DNA of 64,000 nucleotides from Sphagnum compactum (lineage: Eukaryota), in contig OZ234494.1 of NCBI GenBank assembly GCA_965153455.1, forward strand, positions 9,176,001 through 9,240,000, written 5' to 3'. The position numbers and the translations under genes are program-made. The notes under the pieces are model-generated. The model was given only the letters and a program-made list of their open reading frames with translations. It searched no databases and was not told the DNA's origin. Shown piece after piece: positions 1-12,300 of this stretch; positions within the stretch are counted from its first letter, which is position 1; each line of letters starts with the position of its first letter.

Positions 1-9
1 CATCACTTA

Positions 10-383
10 GAGCATCTCTGGTGGTGCTCAGTATGTGATACTGCACAGTAAAATTGGATGAAGAAAAGTCAAATAATGCTGGCTTGGCTGAGGAAAATGG
101 TTTTGGCTCAGCATAATTTCACTATTTGCTGTGGCTGGTAAATGGCACAGCACCATTGTGCACCTTCAGAAAAGAGTGTAATTAATATGATCTGACTGAT
201 GCTCAGTGTTTCTGATTGGCTCATCATAATGATTGGTCCAGGTGGTTTGCTATTAGTAGTCCCCCACCTATTTGCTATCCTAGTTTCAGGTTTATGGGTG
301 GGACTGCAAAAAAGTATATAACTAAACTTGGATGTGAAAAACATTTTTGCAGGGTCACATACTGAGCACCGCTGGAGATCCAC
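10..383. mobile_element. Tourist-like (PIF/Harbinger-type) MITE
   Basis: Imperfect ~35-bp terminal inverted repeats: left GAGCATCTCTGGTGGTGCTCAGTATGTGATACTGCA vs reverse complement of right end GTGGATCTCCAGCGGTGCTCAGTATGTGACCCTGCA. TTA flanks both sides (7-9 and 384-386), the typical PIF/Harbinger TSD. No coding capacity. Confidence 0.75.
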
Positions 384-1275
384 TTAGCTCGCCCTAATGG
401 GATCACCTGGCACCTTACCCACAAGAGCTTAACCATACCATAGTACATGATTGTCAATCAATTGGTTTGTCTCGAAGTTCTCCATGCACCACCCTTCTCA
501 AGTTCTGCCTGCAAAGAGAACATGGGAGGTAAAGGGCGAGAGTGAAACCAACACCAGATAATGCACCATGCAAATTGGATGATGGTATGTAAACAGAAAA
601 CTTTTTTCTTATTATGTTCTTGTACTGTAACTAACCACAGTGGTCACCTAATAACTATCCACAAAAAGCACATCCACCTACCTAGTAATCACCAAGTGTC
701 TTGCCTACTTACATATATACATAGAAATACTTATATTAAAGTTATCGGTAAAGTCAGGAAACGACGACACCAGGACCCCTATTTGGTCACATAGGGGATG
801 ATGAGATTTCAAAAAACAGGGGAAAAAAGGACACTGGGCTTCAACCAATCACTGCTGCTGCTATGTGTACTGTAACGATAAATGTTCTCGAGCCTCGTGC
901 ATTTAATCTTGAGTCTGAGAATTTCATACCCTTATTTAGAAAAATTTCATGACTTTGCCGATAACAGACAGGAGGCAACGAAGCATCAAAATGAGGGACA
1001 CAACAACTTTATGAGACTTTATGGAATAACTCTATTACCTACTTACTTATCTAAGATACTAACCCAAGAGACTGCCTCCTAGTTAGGCCCATCCTTGCCA
1101 TTAGTGACACAAAACCATCAAGTCTCATCCCTGGCTGTTGTCACCCAGTATTCTCTGCGGCTCGCCGCAGGCTCGCCGCGCCCCCGGTGCTTTGGACACG
1201 TATCAGAGAGGCGCTTGTTTCCTTTGTCCGAATGCTACTTTTTTTAAGTTAATTCTTGAGCGCTTTCTCTTGCTA

Positions 1276-3582
1276 ATGATGGATCTATGCCCTGATGCTG
1301 CAGATCAACAGAACTCGAAGCTCAATGAGTTCGTTCTGGTCTCTAGGAGGATCAGGAAGGCGGGGCTTGGTACTCACGCTTCCTCTCCAACGGACAGAAA
1401 AAGCTCACCGACTGCCAACGGCTCTTTTGTTTTTGCATCGCCAGAGTATCGCGAAGCTCCTTCCAAGCTCATCTCCCCCTTCTCTGGGGATGCGATCGGC
1501 AAGGAAGGAAAAATCGCGAGCTCAGTTCAGGCGTTTTCGGTTGTTTCCCAGGATCTTTCGAGGCTCCAGCTGCAAGGCAAGGAGGCGCAAGCTTCCCCGG
1601 CCAGGAGCGATGGCGATGGCGAACCTCGAGGAGATCCTCTTCAACGGTCGGCTACGCCATTCGCGCCTCTGGAGGTCGCGACAAAAATCCGAGAGAGCAA
1701 ACCCGAAAGCTCGGGCGTTTTGCGCACCCATCAGGTACCTCCGAAAGGAGATTCTTCCCTTCCCCACAAGTCAGATTTTGCTTCTGTACCTGCAGGTCTC
1801 GGAAGAAGCTCGGAGGGCTCGGAGACTACCGCTGCCAGGCAAACGGAAAGGAACGACCTCTCCGCCGCCAGGGCAAAAGCTCCGAAAGCAAGGAACTCGC
1901 AACGGAAGAATTCGAGCAACTCAGTGATCACCCCCTTGCCCCACTCTCTGATCGTGCAGCCAGGCACCGGGACAGGTGCCGCCTCCCCCGAGGGGGAGGC
2001 GGCCCAAGGCCCATCGCCATCGCCAATTGATTACAGCTTGGAAGTAGAAGCGGATTTTCCGATAGACCTAGTGTTGATGATGAAGGAAAACGCGGCCAAA
2101 AAAACAAGAAGAACTGTTATTGGAAGGACTCTAGGGGGCAGAGCAACGCTCAAATCCTTGCTCGACTGCCTCAAACTACATCTCCCGATACCACTTGTCT
2201 CGATCACTCTCCTCACGAGGGGGTACTTCGAGATTTTGTTCGAAGAGGAAGAGGGCGCCAAGGCCACCAGACACCTAACGGCGGTTGAGTGGAGTGGCCT
2301 GAGCCTCTCCTTCTCGCGCTACGCCCCGAACTTCGACGTGAGCTCTCAGGGAGCCGAAGCACAACTCACGCATGCAATCAAGGTGCAATTCCCCGATCTC
2401 CACGAGGAATTCAAGAACACCAGAGCTCTGACATTGATGGCCAGTAAGCTCGGGGAGGTCCTAGAGATCGAGGCGGCGGACTCGTACATCAAAAGGCCCG
2501 CCGGGCCCATGGTAACGATAGAACTCAGAGACATCTCCAAACTCCCAGGATACATAAGGATTCCGTCAATGGCGGAAGGTACAGAGGACACAGTCACCAT
2601 AACGCAAAAAATTTTGTACTCAGGGCTCCCAAACCAATGCAGGAAGTGCAGGCACTTCGGCCACCACGCCCGAGCATGCATCACCAGCAGAAATAAACCC
2701 TGGGAGGGGGCACCAACACCCAACCCCTCAAACTCCAAGGGAGCAAATGGAAAGGAATTAGGAGGAGCCGGAGCTCCTCATCCGAGCAATGCTCAAGCCG
2801 GCAAATAGCTCCGAGCGCGAAACGCGAGGAGAAGCCAAGAGCATGCCGAGACGAACCAGAAGCAGCCAGAAGCTAGCAAGCAAGCAGGCCATCCCGCGCA
2901 GCCTAACATCCGTACCTCCTCCGATGCTCTACCCAACGCAGGAGCAGCACCAAGAAGCACAAAGGATACCTCCGAAAGCTTGGAAACCGACCAGGCTATG
3001 GCGGACCCAACAACCCCCCCAGGCCCCAGGCAAGCCAAGCCAAGCCCAACGGCCAGAACTCGCCCTGAGAACCCTCTCTTGGAGCAACCAAACTTTGGCT
3101 ACAGGTCGGAAGCTCCTCATCAGACATATCTCTCGGCCGCTAACGCTAATCCGTTCGCGGCATTGGAAACGATTAATTCAGAGGAAGAGGACCTCAAGCA
3201 TACTCAGGAGGAAACGGGCGAACGATGGGTTTTTCAAGCGAGCAGGAAGCAAGCTCCCAGACTTGTCTCGCCTAGGAAAGCTCCGCCCCCCTCTCCAACC
3301 CACACCCCAACGCAAGATTGCGCATCAGGAAGCAGAAGAAAGAGAACCCGCTCAGAGGTACACAACTCCTTCTTTACCTCTTTGGGCATCTCTGTACCCC
3401 CGGGACAAGAATACGCCAGAGCAAGAGTCTGGCCGGTTTTGTCCAGGGAAAGAGACAACCAGAAGGAGATTTTAGTCAATGTCAAGAGCAACGACTTGCC
3501 AAACCTTCCACTCCACATCAGATGCATGAGTGCATCCGAAGAGGAATGGACCCCGGCGTCGGCCCTTGAAGAGCTAACCTAA
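1276..3582 (+). pseudogene. Non-LTR retrotransposon (L1-like LINE) ORF1 relic, 3'-truncated, no ORF2
   Basis: GC-rich island. ORFs 1138-2808 and 2980-3582 are in the same frame, separated by a TAG at 2806-2808. It encodes an RRM/DUF4283-like region (VIGRTLG...LLTRGYFEILFEEEE) and a CX2CX4HX4C zinc knuckle (CRKCRHFGHHARAC) typical of plant L1 ORF1. Sequence switches abruptly to AT-rich after 3582. Confidence 0.75.
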
Positions 3583-5204
3583 GAAGATTTTAAAGGTTTT
3601 TTGCCCTATTTTTCCAACAAAATTCTGTTTTCTAAAATGCTAGAAGAATTATTATTTTGTTTTTTTTCTTATGTTTGTCCTAATTTAATTTTCTTTTGTT
3701 TTCCCCCTCTTTTTCCATTTTTTCTGGTTTTTAAATTTCCAAAATATGAAATTTGCTTTTCTATTTCCTTTATTTCCTATTTTGAATTTTTTTTCCCAAT
3801 TTTTCTTTTTTTTAAAATCCAGTAGATGATATATATTCATACCCATATAATTTTTTTGGGGTTTGGTTTCCATTTTTCAAACTCACATACAATGTGTATG
3901 ATGTGTTTGATGCAAACTTTGAATAACTATGAAATACCAATTTGTAACCCATGTCATTCACTCTAATTGTATCATTATCAATTTTACATTCATCAACATG
4001 CTACTAAGGTGGTTACAACAAGAACTTATCAACGAACATATGGGGTGTTTCATGAAAGTAATTTTAGAAAGGGGTTGCTTGAAGTTAGAGAGTAGCATGT
4101 ACATATTATTTAGGTTTCTTTGGCATAAACAATGGCATGGAATTCACGTTTTTATTTTTTGGACACTTAAAAAGTTTTGAGAGATGTGATATTTGCATCA
4201 ATACATATAAGTTTTGTTTTATTGCAATTATAACCTCACGTTTGTATTATGTTTGCATGCCTTGAATGTGAGCATTGTATTAATATTTTGTTGAAATTTA
4301 CCCTAAAAATACGAGTTTCAAACATATTGCAATGTTGCATTATTGTTCTAAAAAACCTTCAAAAATATAAAGTTCAATGTGAAATATTTGCATAAGGGTC
4401 ACAAGATAAACATTAGTTTTGTTAGAATGATTCTGCAATACCCACATTTAAAGCATAAAATGTCAATTGGTATGTTTGGATGGTTTGTGTAATATTCAAA
4501 TGTCGAGCATAAAATATGTATGTTCAATGAAAAAAATGATGATAAAATAAAAAATTGTGATCAATAATAGAAGAAATAATTTAAAACAAAAAAGAAAATA
4601 ATAATTTAGTAAGAGAAATTGTTTTTTAAAAAAAATTAATTAAAATTGGGAACAAAAACAAATAAAGAAAAATAAAATGCTAGCGTTTTGGTCACAAAAT
4701 ATATAATAATTATTGAGGTGTATTGTATTTCAAATAACATTATTTTCATATGTGGGTATTGAATTTTGTGATTGGACCTTCCACTATTTTAGTTCCTAAC
4801 AATAATTACCAAAATATGCAATACCTACATGTGGGTCACAAAAGTTGATCAAATGTGCAATACCTGCATTTATGGGTTATCATTTATTGACATAAAAACA
4901 TCCAATATGATTAAAATGGTTGTTAGTTCATTTAATGAAATACTTTCATATTTTGTATATCATACATTGACAAACATTAACATTGTGTAAATGATAGGTA
5001 GGTAGGTGGGTGGGTGGGTAGGTAAGTTAATAGGTATGTAGGTAGGTTGGTGGTTAGGCAGGTAAGTATGTACACAAATAAAAAACCAATGAGGTCAATA
5101 ATGTAATTAGGTCAATAAGATAATTAGATCAATAGGGTATCCAAAAAATTATATTAAAATATTTTGTATTGAAAGTAGTCTTTGAGTTAATTTTTTAAAA
5201 TATA

Positions 5205-6075
5205 AAAGTGTTGTCAAAGGTAGAGGTTTTGCCAATAGATATAAATTTAGCCATGAAAAAATTTAAAAATTTTCAAAAAATGAAAATTTAACCAAAAATA
5301 AATAAAGGTCTTGCCAACAAGTAGAGGTTTAGCCATGAAGAGATAAAATTTTGCCAATAGGTATAAATTTAGCCATGAAAAAATTCTAAAATTTTCAAAA
5401 ATTGGAAATTTAACTAAGAAAAAATAAAGGTGTTGTCAACAAATAAAGGTTTAGCCATGAAAAGATGAAAGTTTTGCCAAGAGGTATAGGTTTAGCCAAG
5501 AAGAATTAATTTTTTTTCCAATTTATAGAGGCTTAAGCAATAAAAAGTAAAGGTTTTACTAAAAGGCAAAAGTTTAGCAAAAAACAAATAAACATTTTAT
5601 TAAGGTTTAGAGGTTTAGTAAAAAAGAACTAAAAGTTTCTCTAAATGGTAGAGGTTTAGCTAAGAAAAGATATAGGTATTATTGAAAGTTAAATATTTAG
5701 CTAAGAAGAGGTTAAGGTTTTGTCAAGACATATAAGTTTAATCAAGAATAAATAAAACTTTTGCCAATGTTTAGTGGTTTAACCATGAAAAGATGGAAGG
5801 TTTGTCAAAAAATATAAGTTTTGCCAAGAAAAATTAAAAGTTTTGACAAAAGGTAAAGGTTTAACCAAGAAAATATATAAGTTTCGTTGAAAAATAACGA
5901 TTTTATTATGAAGAGATAGAAGTTTTACCAAGAGATAGAGGTTTAGCTAAGAAGATAAATCTTTATAACACGTAAAAGTTTAACCATGAAAAGATGGAGA
6001 TTTTGCCAATAAGAGTTAAAAGTTGTGCCTAAAGACAAAAGTTTAGCTAAGAGAAAAGTTTAGCCATGAAAAAAC
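5205..6075. repeat. Degenerate AT-rich tandem array (~20-bp subunits, ~40-bp dimers, one ~120-bp higher-order duplication)
   Basis: Recurring GGTTTAGCCA(T/A)GAA and GGTTTTGCCAA motifs; ~5225-5345 closely resembles ~5346-5470. Confidence 0.7.
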
Positions 6076-9000
6076 AGAGAATAGGTAAGTAAGGGGTTGG
6101 TATGTAGAAACAAAATGTAGGTCAATAATGTAGCTAGGTCAGTAGGGTAACTAGGGAATTAGGGTGATTATGTTGGAGGGTAGTATGGTCAGGGTTGAGA
6201 AAAAAACACCCAAAAAATAAAAAGGATCAAAGGTCAGCAGCCCAAAAAGGTTGATTGTGTTACAATGTTGGACAGCAGGGTCAACTGGTGCACTGGTGAG
6301 TGCTGGTTCACTCTGGCCCTCATCCCCAAGATGAGAACTGAATTACAAACTAAAACTCGCTTACATTAGTTGACAACATCCCAAAGGAAGGGGCAAAATG
6401 ATCTTTAATCATTTATCTTGGTAATTGAGTTAAGAGTAAATAAACCCATTTGGAATTTTGAACAAAACCGTCCTTTTCTCAAGGTTCCAGATGACGGCGG
6501 AGAACCCATCTCTTGATCACTTGATTCTATTTGATGTGTCATGCGCTACTACATTGGCACCCAAAACTATTGAAACTAGTAAAATCACACACATGAAACA
6601 TGCACACAATCCAATGTACTCACTTACAAACTGCATGAATCCACAGTTCAAAACATACATAAAACAAAACTTGGGACCAATCCAACATCCTCCGATGCCC
6701 TTGGTGTGCTCCAAAAATCTTGAAAATGCTAAAGCTGAGACTCCAGATACACTTATTGGGAATCAACTTTCAAACATGAAAAAGCTGATACTTATTCACA
6801 GTGAATAACAAATAAACCCTTACCAAAAAAAATTAATGTTTTGGAATAATACTTGATACCAGCCTTGGGGAGCGGGGGGAGGAGATAATTTTCACACTGT
6901 GACAACAAAAACAATGTGGAAATTCAATTTTAAGTGTAAATTCGAAAAGAATTGCCCAAATCTTGAAAATTGTCATCAAACTTTCAAAACCACAAAATTT
7001 TATTGTTAAAAAATTATTCTAAATTTAAAAATTAGAAATTAGAAAACAATAAATAAATAAAAACCTGCTTGACACATGTGACTTTGCCAAAGTTTATTAA
7101 CAAAGACACCAAATGAGAGAGGAAGTGAGAGTACAAGAGGAGAGGGCCTAAGTCTAAGTTGAATGCAATAAAGATTGTTGAAGACTAGGGGACTGATTGT
7201 CAATAACCCACCTCAACTACCAACTACGTGTAACAAGTTTGCAGCAGGAGATCCTATTTGGATACTATTTGTATTGAAGCAAAAAGGAAATGGAAATTTT
7301 CTTATATGGAATCCCCAGGAATGAAATCAAAGAGAAGAAGGCCTTATGTATGTCATGAATAATTTTGGGCTTGAGGTTTGACAGATATTAGTCATGTGCA
7401 CAACAAACGGATGTGCAATGACATCTTCACGTTGATTCACAGTTGATTCACATAGCTACAATGTTTCCCACCATTAATTCACATCACATGTTCACGTGGA
7501 CCAAAGTGGAACCAGCAGCCGACCAATTGTCTCATCTAAGAAAAAACCTGAATAAAACATCAAAACTGGTTTGGTTTATACATTCTGCATTGCCTAGAAT
7601 AAAACCATTGCAGAAAAAGGAGTAGCAATTCCTAGAAGAAACCACAGAGAACAAAGATTAACCAGCAGGGAACACTGGAATTGCTAGGAGCTCTGCAACC
7701 AGTGATTGCACTTCATCAGTTCGGTGTGATTGTCAGTTTCTAATTGCCAGCAGAGGCTCGGTCTCAGAATAGACAGAAAAGCACCGACCTACTCATCCAT
7801 GTTTATGGCACTCTCTCAGTGATATGTTAGTCATGCCACAGAATCAGACACCAGCTGCTCAGACACAAGCCTGACATATATCTGAGATTGCAAAGAAAAC
7901 TCCACAACAACCAATTTTGAAGGTGGTAATTATGTCAGTTCCATAGAGTCAAGGAAAGAATGAGCAAACCACAGGAACTGTCAACATACATTTGACACAG
8001 AACTTAGTCCCTGTTTCATAGGAGCCCAAAATTTGTTGAGGCTGCTGAACATGGAGCTGCTAGTTCTGCATCATAGCAGTCCCAATCAAGCAGCACATCA
8101 CTTCTGGATTGAAAATTTTCTCCTATGCCTGCATTGCTGCACAACTGTGGCATTTCAAATGGCTCCAAATAAACTAACAGAACAAAATAGATCTTCAGGA
8201 GCGTTTTTAGCCCATTTCATAGCCCCTGGAACTCTAAACCTCAATGTGAAACTAGTTGTCTGAGCATCAGACAGACGGTTCACTAGCGAGTAGCTATTCT
8301 GGGAGGATGGAGAACTAGGAGGTATTGAAAGTTGCTCACCCCATTACAAACAGACTATATCTAATGCCTCTGCAATCAAGCAAAACCAAGTACAGAAGAG
8401 GACAGTACGTTGAATTGAAGCATGCTGATGAGGACAATCCATGAGGCGTAAGGGTGGCTGTACTTGTTGCTAAAGTGAAACCAAGCGTGTCTTTGCCATG
8501 TGAAGGTGGACCTCCATCAACTTGTTCAAATCCAACCAAGTTGAAGCCTTTCATCTGTAGTCAGTGGGCTTCCATAAGCTCATTCTCTGGCACATACACC
8601 ATCAAGATACCACCTCTAGCCAACAAATTGAGGTCAGAGTCAAATTTGTGTTCACCCACTGTGGTGATTGAGCTTACACAACATGTCCCATGGCAGAAAG
8701 AGAGGGGCAAAGAATGTGCCACAGTTTGGTTAGTTTCAAACAAGCTTGAAGTCAACCTGCCTTACTTTCCTTTTAAGAGTACTCCAAATATTTCTGTAGC
8801 TTGCTGACTTCCAACAGCCACATTTGGTGTCTGAAGCTAGAATCATGATATCTTCTCTTGAGAATCTCTCGGATTGCATCCTTGGGACAATCCATGCATT
8901 GATCAGCATTTGATATGGAACCAAGCCACTGCTGCTGCTGGTCAAAATCTGGATAGAGGCCAAAAGCTCATAGATGATGCACACTTTGTATGCCAGACTG

Positions 9001-9351
9001 GTAAAAGTGCTGCTGCTTTCTACCTTTCACCATGAAAAGGATGTGCCATGGGAAAAGCCATAGTGATGACCAGTTGCTTGCAATGTAAGCAGAATCATGC
9101 CATTCATAAAACATTCATTTTTTCCTGTACCCATGCTAGCCTCAACCCCCAAAAACTCCTCAGTACAACAGACAATCCTAGACCCATGGTGGCTGAACCA
9201 TTCAACCATGCCATCTTAACATGGACAAGTAAACTTCTCTCATCCAAAAACCTCCAATCAAAAAAGGGCCAAAAGAACTTATAAATGTACCAAACAGAGA
9301 GCACCAGTGACTTTGTGAGCAGAAGAACATCTTACCAGATGTAGAGGACCA

Positions 9352-12300
9352 TTATCCACCTGTCACTGTCTTTTGAACAGCAACCCACACTTGCTTCTGC
9401 GACAACACATATGGGCAGGTTTAGGTGTTTTGGGATACAGACAGCTGTTCACACAAGACATATTTGAGGACTGTCATCAAAAATTAAATGAGAGCAGAGA
9501 ATGCATCCACATACCTCATTGATTCCCAACATGGGAGGACCTCTCCCTCTTTTCAATGGTTTGCTTGCAAGCTCTACTCCACTAATGGCTACTTCCCCCT
9601 CTCTAGGGCCTTGTCCATTTCGCTCATGACGACTCCCCTGCCTATGACCACCACCTGTACCTCAAGCAAAGCTGCTGTTAAGTCTCTAATAATATGTTCC
9701 TTCATGCACTTATCAGACTTACTGAATACTGACAATCTTGACCATTACACAGTATTCCTGCCTCAAATGGAAAGCCCACTCCTGTCTGACTCCATATTTC
9801 ATTCCATATGGGCCAAGGCTGTAAAATGTAAATGAATGAGTGAGTACCATGTTCATTCCAATAGGGCCCCTCTTGCTTCCTTCTATCCTCCATTACTGAA
9901 GGTTGTGGGGGCACAACTGCATGGTCCTCATCTTCCTTATTTTGTCTGCCACCTGGGGATTTTCCATTAGTATCATTTTTCAGATCCCCTTGACTTGGCA
10001 CCTGTATATCCTGTGCTGTCAACATGGCTCCTGTGGTCATGCCTCCTCGCCGAGAACTTTGACTTCTGGTCTCCACATACCGAGTTTTTCCATACATAGA
10101 ACTTCCACTGCCTACTCCTGCCAACATAGACATCAGTGAGCAGCTCATTACACAACATTCAAGCTACTCTCCTCTTCACCAGGGGAAAAAAAGGCTTTAG
10201 CACCTTAGCCCACTTCAACCCAAGAAAATTTCAGCCATAGAGATGCACCTTCCCACAACATGGCCATCTGATGGTAGTCTACAATGATCTGCAAAATCTA
10301 ATGGGGCATCCACCATCAAAACATTATGTTGAACAGTTCAAAAGACTTTCATTCATACCTGAACTTTGCTGAGACTCTGAGCCTCGCCCATTAGATCCTG
10401 ATTTCACACCCTGTTTGTGATGGTTTCCATTCTCTCCCTCCTCTCCCTTGGGAACAGCTTCAATTTCTGAACGTGAATTCACCAGTGGAGACTCAGGTGA
10501 AATCACAGCTGCTGGTGTGGGGACTGCAGAGGAAATACCAGATGATGCTTCTGAACCAACTGCAACAGTGTCAGAACGACGTCGGGGGGTCCAGACTGGC
10601 CGATCAGGCCTGTCTTTGTTCCTCAAGTGCCTTGCATCTTGGCGATCAGACACAGAAACAGATAGAACTCCATCACTTGCAGCCATGTTGCTACCCTTCT
10701 CTTTGACATGATTTGACCCACCGATGTTATCATTCTGAGAGACACCAGATTCCACCTCTGAACTTGTAGACGGAGGCAGAAGGAGAGAGACAGTCTGATC
10801 TTTGCTGGCCAGGCGAATAGCATGTGGACGTGGGGGCCACTTCCCTGCTCTCTCCAATGGCTGCTGGGACAATCCCTTTGGGTCCACAGGGATGGATGTT
10901 GTAGCACCTCCATGTTGAGACAAAGCAACCTGTACACGGTCCCTTACTGACAAGCCTGCTTGAGGAGAGGTCTTTCCTGATTCCCTGCGATGACTTTGTT
11001 TGGATGTGGAATTGGTGATGGCTGCACTTGCTGCTGCTGTGGCCCGAGAAGCTAACACTACCTGCTGCAGCTGCACACTGCCTGATGTCCCTTTTGCAGA
11101 TGCTGGGCTGCGATTCCGTTGGTTTGGAGCCAAATCCCCACATGAATCATCACTCAGCAGCGCAGTGCCCACTTGTCCAACATTCTGGACATTGCATGCC
11201 ATGGAATAACTTCTTATGAAGAGCAAAAGGAACTACTGACAAATACTTTGATTCCTCAAAGGCAGTAATCACAGGGCAATGACAAGAAACACATCCAATA
11301 GATCAACATGCCTCAGTTATACCAGTTCTAACCAACACTGAAATACAGCAAGAAAACTGCCATCAAACAGACCCGGTGGTCAAGATGCAAACTTTGGAAC
11401 CAATTGCAAATTTCTGGCACTTACTGTTGAAGTTTGTTTATCCTTGTCTTTAGAATTCAACACTTGCTTCTTCTTGGAATCCCTTTTGCTTGCTTCTTTT
11501 GCATCTCCATTAGCTATAGCTGTATCACCTGGACTTGCCACCAGAGAAAAACCCTTTCCAAGCAATAGCCCTCCAATCCCAGATTGCTCCACATCACCTG
11601 CCAGGCCATGCATTGCTCCACTATCTGAACCTGTGAGCAAAGCAGATAACATGATCAAATGGTTTGCCATGACCCAAGAATTATGACTGCTCACTACTTT
11701 GCTGTCAAGCACCTCTGGTGTAGGCAACAGAAATGAAGCCATAATGGAATGCTTTCAGGAAATAGCCTATCTTTAGATTCACATACAAATGGGGCATATA
11801 TACAACCAGAGACGTCAGGCACATACCTGCTGGTGTTTCTGAAGAATCCTTTAGTAAGATGATATGCTCCTTGGTGGGGTCCATGCGTGAGTTTCCAACA
11901 TTGCCCCTGAAAGGTGAGGCTGCAATTACAACAGCATCCCGCAAAGATTTCTTGTCTCTGCCTTCATTTATTTCCCTTTTTTTCCTATACATCAGGATCT
12001 CCTTTTCTCTGCGTTGCTGCTCTTCTTGTCGGGGATTTGCCCCATGAGACACCACTTCCTTATTAGCCACTGCACTCTCTGAGACATGCTGCACAGGTCA
12101 AAGCCCTCTCATCAAGATTTTCTCCAGACTCAGAAATCAGGCAGACATGATATATGTATAAAAAGAGGTACAATTGACTCCATATCCCCAATCCAAACCC
12201 AGCTATAAGCATGCACCATTGCTCCAAACACATCAACAACCAGCTCTAGTATACCCAATTGGTTACTTGGTATAGCCATACTACCAGAAGCATCCTTGTG

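Noticed and set aside
454-508. Possible minus-strand terminal exon (acceptor TTCTCTTTGCAG, reading QNLRRVVHGELRDKPID*)
   Set aside because: No upstream exons or recognisable protein family could be tied to it.
2789-3475. 228-aa alternative-frame ORF overlapping the LINE
   Set aside because: The main ORF1 frame resumes after a single stop; this frame is a GC-rich shadow ORF.
6458-9304. Several 60-117 aa ORFs downstream of UPF3
   Set aside because: No recognisable motifs or consistent exon chain; more likely 3'UTR, intron or intergenic sequence.
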